From the human T2T-CHM13v2.0 reference genome, Homo sapiens: a stretch of DNA of 64,000 bases. The stretch lies in the NCBI RefSeq assembly GCF_009914755.1, contig NC_060944.1; one strand, given 5' to 3'. Made by a program: the position numbers and the translations under genes. The notes beneath the pieces were generated by a model. It was given only the letters and a program-made list of their open reading frames with translations. It made no database searches and was not told where the DNA came from. Numbering within the stretch: position 1 is the first letter of the stretch; each line of letters opens with the position of its first letter. Shown here in pieces: positions 57,339 to 64,000 of this stretch.

Positions 57339-60300
57339 GTAAGAAGGTTTGAAGAGTGAATGAGTTCCCAAGAATAAACATGTTTCAAAGGAACCTGAAT
57401 GAGGGACTCTGTTTATGCGGGTTTTATATGACGTTTGCTTACTTAATGTAGTAACTCCTTGAACATATTGCCTTGTATGATATAATTTATTTACATAATT
57501 CTGGATTGGAAAGTCATGAGCAAACCCAAGGAAAATTTCTAGAAAAAAGAAAACTTGTTTTTATAAGGATTTTAAAATTAAATATATGTATGTGTATACT
57601 TATGTATATCTACGTGGATGTATGTAAATCCACAGATACAGAGATTATATACATGTATAGCTAATAGACTTAGATTAGATATAAATATTTGAAAAAGATG
57701 GCAAAATAAATGTAGATCATAAGCCAGTTTCCAGCCTGTTTTAATTTATGCCAAATTATTTCCTACAGGATATAAAAGAATATGGTGCTTTTAAATTATT
57801 CCAATCCAAGTTTTGCTTTTTTAAAGCATTTCAGTTTTTGCCACATTGATCTATTACAAAACTAGGGAAGTCCTTTAAAGCACTGAACTGTTCAAAACTC
57901 TCATGACAGAATCATGATAAACGATTTTTAAAAAAGCAGTTTACTTTTAGTGGTAAAGATATCTTTTTTATTCTGAAAAGAGGATAAAAAATTTCTCCTA
58001 CAGTGAAGATAGGTAAAGGAAAGGAAAAAGAGTCTTTCTAGAAGTGTAAGTGTGCTCATTTTCTACAAAAATAAAAAACAAACAAAAAAATAAATTAATG
58101 TCCCGTAAAGGAGATTATTAGCTGCTTTATTTTATTTATTTGTTTTTTCTCTATCTTTATCTACAGTTAAGTTTTTCTTTTTCTTCTGGTCTATATCTTA
58201 GACTTCAGAAATTTAGGTAGTAGAACTGGAGATAAAGGAAATACAGAGAAGATTGGTATATACGTCAGATAAGCTTTTCAATTACAAATTAACCTGAACC
58301 ATACAGGTACCTAAAACACCATGGCCACAGCACAGCAAGACTGATGATTTTAGTTGTCTAGGAAAAGCACTGTATCAGTCATTTTGCTGAGGTAACTTAT
58401 ATTGTTCAAGAGAAAGCCAGACGGTTCAGGATAGATTGTCGCTATCTGGGTTCATTCTATTTTTAAAAATCCCTTTTTTATTACTCACTATTTCATAACC
58501 AATAAACATACTACTAGATAACAGGAAGGTAAAGATAATCGCCGTTTGAAAGGGATTCTGTTTTGGATGTTGAAATTCTTTCTTGTTGAGAAAGAGAGGA
58601 GATGCTGAGAAACTGGTGGTGGAGATGCTGTAGGTGCTTTGGTCCATATTCCATAGGGATCAGTAAGGAACATGGAAAACACAATCCAAGAAAGGAAGTG
58701 ACTTTCACATTTATTCATGGGGCATGTTAGAGAAACTTAGGTCAGAAAAAGGTCATGTTTGTTTTCTCCATAGGTGAATTTGGCCTCCTTATAATCCTCA
58801 CATTTCAAATCTAAATGATTTAAGCTACACCCAGATCCCAGGCCAATTCTTTAACCATTTGAGGGATTTTTCCATTCACTGGACATAGAAAAGAAGCTTT
58901 GATGGGAAACCTAGAAATTACCTGCTCCAAACTTGAAGTTAATAAAACATCTTATGGTGACTTTGTTCTTTGTTAAATGTTGAGGAGACAGCATTACCAA
59001 GCCACTTTAGAAGCCTTTAAAGTTACTAAAGGTTATCTACTGGGCGTCTCCGTCTAGGTGTGGATCATCCATTGGTAGCCCTTTGGTTCAACAACTTTTC
59101 AAAGTTTCATCTTCCATGGCAGAATTCTTATCTAGTTTCTATCTGCAATCAATATCTCATAAAGAACTAATTGGTAACATTTATGGTACTGACACTAAGA
59201 ATAATGGCAAAAATGTAGTAAAAGCAGTTTCATTTTATGAATGTTCTTTATTATACAAGTCCAGCCTTTTAGCAGTTTAATAAAATCATAATTGTATTTA
59301 CTAGAAATTCTCTAGTGGTTATCATTTCGGGGTTGGGGTGGAGGAAGCAGTTAGAGAGAAAAGAACTAGACATCTCAGATGAGGCTATGGGCTTCTTTCT
59401 AAATGCATTAAAGAGTGGATTCAAGTTATTGCTTATAAATACTCAAATTTATGGCTATTCTAGAGTGGCCCAGCATGAATAGCACACACTCTCTGCTATT
59501 CATGAGTATCAAGAGTATCAAGGGGAAAATTCAAAGAGAGTTGAGAAATGCTGAGAAAATGAAACACCAGAGCTTCTCAGGGTTAAGAGTATTGTGGAAA
59601 AAGATAAGCTAGAGTTTTTTTCATAAGTCCTTTGGTCAGCAATAAAAGGTATATCCTCAATCCTATAAGGGAGATTTAAATTACATTTGACTAGCATTCT
59701 GTGTTTCTATAAATGAGACCCTAAGAAGCGGCTGAGCCATTTGGCATGCCCTCATTTATTTGGGTTACATGGCCATGTTTTATAAGGCCACATGAAATGT
59801 GAGTTCTATAAAAATAAGAATTATATCATTCTTTTCTGAATCTTCATCTCTTTTGGTTTATGTCCAATAAATGATGACAGAATTATTTTGTAAGTTTGTT
59901 GTTTTTCAGAAACAGTGCTACTAAGTACTATCCCTCAGACTATTACAATAGTAATAGCAATATTTGTAGAATACTTTGTAGTTTAGAAAATGCTTTCCCA
60001 ATTATCTGTGTAGTACATGACTTTATTTCTACCTTGTGATGTATGGGAAAATGTCCAAATATTATTCATAACCAGAAGTAAAACAGTCTACTGGTAAACA
60101 TGAACTCCCACTAAACTCCAGCTTGTGTTTCAGTCCAAATAGGATTATCCTTGGATGAGTAGTGGTCTTTCTTTTGCCTGTTTTTACGGTAATCTCCTCA
60201 ATCTCTGGCTCCATCTGGTGGAATATTGTGAGGTCATGGCCATGGGCATCACTCTTCCTAAGTCTACTTTATAGGACCAGTATTGTGTCTTTATGATCCT

Positions 60301-60829
60301 CCAAGGAAATAGAAACAAGCCTTTCAAAATCTGAAGATTGGATTATCTATTAGGCCAATAAATTTTCTCTTGCTAATATGACTGCTTCTTAGAGTAGAAT
60401 ATCTATTTTACAAAAACACCTTTTCCCAGTAGGTTTAAAGAAGAAAAGATGCATAGGATAAAAAAAATATATATTCTACCCTGCCAAAGATAGCTTACAT
60501 TGTTGTTGTTGTTGTTGTTTTTCACCTCACATCTCCCAGGAAGTAGAGTGGGCTGAGGATGCTATTGTAGAAAAAACAACTGAAACTTACACTAATTAAG
60601 TTTCCCAAAGGGGGAAAAAGCGGGGCAAAGACAAGACCAAAAGTCAAATGCTTTGATCCTACATGCATTAATTATAGCATGTAGATTTCATTACTTAAAA
60701 CAAAAAAGTGAAAAAAAAAACCCTTCATTTAGCGTATTTCGTAATATACATTTTACATATTTTTGGAATGTCTTAAATATTACACAATAGAAAAATAAAT
60801 GAGAAAAACTTCCTTATCTACAAGGGTAA

Positions 60830-61010
60830 AAAAAAATTGAAACGAAAGTGATACTAAATCAATTTTGATTAAATATCTTATTTTTGAAAAATTTTAAAAA
60901 GTACATATAAACTTCTGAGTTCATTTTTAGATCCCTCTTTGGAACCTTGAAAGGGGTTACACAAGTAGGGGCCCTAAAGGTTAAGCTTCATTAGTTTCAT
61001 GACGAACCAA
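60830..61010. mobile_element. Possible Arthur1/MER69-type hAT fragment
   Basis: 'gggccctaaaggttaagcttcattagtttcatg' resembles the remembered terminal motif. Confidence 0.45.
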
Positions 61011-61037
61011 CTTTGGATTGACTCTCAAACACCATAG

Positions 61038-61350
<313 letters not shown>

Positions 61351-62187
61351 GAGGCTTCTTTAAAGTTGGTTTGATCATCATTATTTCTTGGTTGTCTCAC
61401 TTACTGATCATCTTCTTCAATTTCCAGGTTTGCATTAGGGATATTTTTGAAAGTCAATATTTTGGAGTAACGTGATTTTTTGTTTTGTTTTGTTTTCGGT
61501 AACCATCTATTTTCATATAGGTTAGAAGAAAGACCACATCTCAGGTTTCATGTAGTTTTCTATTGCTGTGTTTCCAAAGTTTGGATATGGTATGGCTGGA
61601 GAGGAAACTATGAGTTATATGTGATAGCAACCAGACTATCTACATAGGAGTCTATACAAATGGCAGCTTGGAGTTGTGCAACGAGGTTCCCATTAATGGC
61701 TGAAGTGGCTTTAAGCAATAGTTCGGCATGAGATGTATTTAATGTTTAGCACACACTTAATTTCCTGTGTAGACTTTTGGTTCTGTATCCTTCCTCTCTC
61801 AATCTCTCTTTAACTCTCTCCCTCTCTTAGGCAATAAACAGTATGTTTGACCTGCCCAGGTATGGCAACCACCATTATTGATTCTAGTAGCAACTTACAT
61901 TGCTGACATGTTTTAATGTTTAAAAATTACTGTCCATTTGTTTCAGTTCCTATCAATCATTCTACAGCCCTTTACTCTCTTGATGGTTGAGGAAAATCTC
62001 ATCATTTCCCTTCTTCACCATTTGTGGATCTTCTTACATTCAGTCATAAGAAGGAGTCTCATCCTTAGAGGGAGAAGGGAGAGATTCTGGGAGGTAGGGC
62101 AATAAATAACTTGACCAAACCTTTTGCATCTTTTAGAACCTCAATAAGCTGTTCTCTCTGGGACTAGGAATTTATGTGATATATGAC

Positions 62188-62302
62188 TTTTCAAAATAGA
62201 CTTAGCTTTTGGAGAACATTAGGATTCACAATGAAATTGACAAAAAGGACAGAGATTTCCCGTATATTCCCTGCCCCACAAATGCACAGCCTCCCATCAT
62301 CT
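62188..62302 (-). mobile_element. L1MC 3' terminal fragment
   Basis: 'cagagatttcccgtatattccctgccccacaaatgcacagcctccc'. Confidence 0.8.
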
Positions 62303-62942
62303 CTTTCTCTCATAGGATACTCATCAAAAAAAGTAAACGAACAATGCACTGTAAAACACTTGGCACCTTGTAGCCACTTCATCCTGGTGCTACTTATGAA
62401 AGAAGTAAACTTTGAGCTAAGCCTTAACTGTTAAATAAATTCAAGATAGTTGCAGTGGTTGGGTTCTTGATAAGTAAACAACAGTTAATAAATGTAGATT
62501 GGGCAAAGTTGTAGAAGGAAGGGTTTGGGGGATAGTGAGCAAGTGTCTAAACTTGTGGGGAGTTCCTCCAGTTCTTGAGAGTGACTCACTCACTAATCTC
62601 ATATAAACTAATTCACAATGAGGTGTCAATGGCTTAGTGATACCTCTCCTAAGACATTAAAGGATTTTTTTTTGAGATTAATGTTTTTATTTAAAGAACT
62701 TAATTTCCTGTGGTAAGGGTTTCACATAAGAGGGTAGGATGATTTTATGGATATTTCAGGGTAGGGGAAAATTTTAGCATCATCATTTAAGCCATACTAC
62801 AGAAGTAACTGGGGCAAGTCCCTCTGCAAGATAAGCTGATAAAATGTTTGTTTTGGAGTTGCTTTGTTATTATTGTTGCTATTTTTAGTTTTTTGCAGTG
62901 CTTTTATGGAGATGTGGATTAATTTGAAAATAGCATGGTAAT

Positions 62943-62998
62943 TGTATGTGTGCGTGCTTGTGTGTGTGTGTGTTTATGTGTGTGTTACTGTGTTTGTG
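62943..62998. repeat. (TG)n imperfect microsatellite
   Basis: Direct inspection. Confidence 0.85.
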
Positions 62999-63836
62999 CC
63001 CTGGGGTGTCCTAGGTGAAGGGCTCCCTTGAAAAATTTGAAACAAATAAATAAAATGAGAACTGACCTAAATTTTTGCCTCAAACTGGAACTGAGTTCAA
63101 GCTTTTGAGGAGGATCAAAAACTTGATTAACTGTTGTTTATTTGTTTTTAGAGGCTTTGCTTCCCTCTAACTCAAAAAAGTAAAAGTGATCAAACACTAC
63201 CCTCTGAGAGAGACTCTTGTCTCAATATTTCCAACAGGGTTGAAACCAGAAAGTACTTGTGAGGCAACTGGGAAGCACAAGTGAATTGCAGCCCAAGGTC
63301 CCAGATCCAAGGGGTTAGAAGGAGTTCAGCTAAACTTCATGTTGATGTCCAAGGAAAACAGCAGTAGTGTTGTTTTCAGTGGAATTGAGATCCTAGAGGG
63401 CAGAAAACATCATTATGTGAAACAGAAAAAGAACGTGCATTTGTGTTTTTCACCACAGTCTGGGAGAAAACACATTTTCTCATTGGTTGAAAAGTAAAAA
63501 GAGACCCATGGGATGGGCTGAAACCTGTGGGTCAACTTGAGGCAGCTGGTGTAAGGCAAAGCTGTGAGGGACAATTCAGGAGACTTGGAATTAAGGCTCC
63601 CTTCTCACAGCTGTGTGACCTGGAACATGCTGTGTAGCTCCTACAGAATTTTCGTATTTGAATCTGTGAAGTGTTCAGTTGTTCAGAATACCAATGCCCT
63701 GTCTCACATGGCACACTTCAATAGGTGCTTCGCACCTTTCCAAGTTTGATAAGAACCAGTTGTACCCTTGTGAATAGTAAATTTCAGGTGGGACTCCAGA
63801 CACATACTAAAATCATTTGTATTAAAAAAAATAAGC

Positions 63837-64000
63837 ATAACAGACAAACAGAGAGCCAAATCATGAGTGAACTCCCATTCACAATTGCTTCAAAGGGAAT
63901 AAAATACCTAGGAATCCAACTTACAAGGGATGTGAAGGACCTCTTCAAGGAGAGCTACAAACCACTGCTCAATGAAATAAAAGAGGGCACAAACAAATGG
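63837..64000 (+). mobile_element. Young L1PA, 5'-truncated within ORF2 RT region; runs off the window
   Basis: 'acagagagccaaatcatgagtgaactcccattcacaattgcttcaaag...aaatacctaggaatccaacttacaagggatgtgaaggacc' ([29 protein letters not shown]); preceded by a TT/AAAA site. Confidence 0.97.

Noticed and set aside
58426-58718. Three overlapping minus-strand ORFs of 64-76 aa in unique DNA
   Set aside because: No recognisable domain, no supporting splice pair; lengths within chance range.

Overview
AT-rich, CpG-depleted primate (human-like) non-coding DNA, either intergenic or deep intronic. I can support no host protein-coding exon, tRNA/rRNA gene or CpG island, and I cannot name the locus. Every ORF in the track with recognisable homology is a retroelement relic (L1 ORF1/ORF2, ERV-L gag/pol/dUTPase); the rest read as Alu, low-complexity or chance frames. 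The window holds about 16 Alu/FLAM/FRAM copies, L1 pieces of several ages, a degenerate ERV-L, MaLR LTRs (THE1, MST, MLT1), hAT/Tigger MITEs (MER5, MER3, MER53, MER81, MER2), MIR/L2 fragments and microsatellites. I see no convincing new biological system. The best second-look items are: a well-formed non-coding + strand exon candidate (57170-57338) with a nearby GATA/ETS cluster; a recursive-splice-like YAG|GTGAGT junction (43774/5) in a repeat-poor block; three DNA-repair scars (128-bp templated copy, 32-bp fold-back palindrome in MER53, triplication with hairpin in MLT1); an L1 with a probable short 3' transduction; and an internally deleted ERV-L that retains dUTPase. Repeat subfamily names are by eye from remembered consensus sequences, and boundaries of old repeats are approximate.
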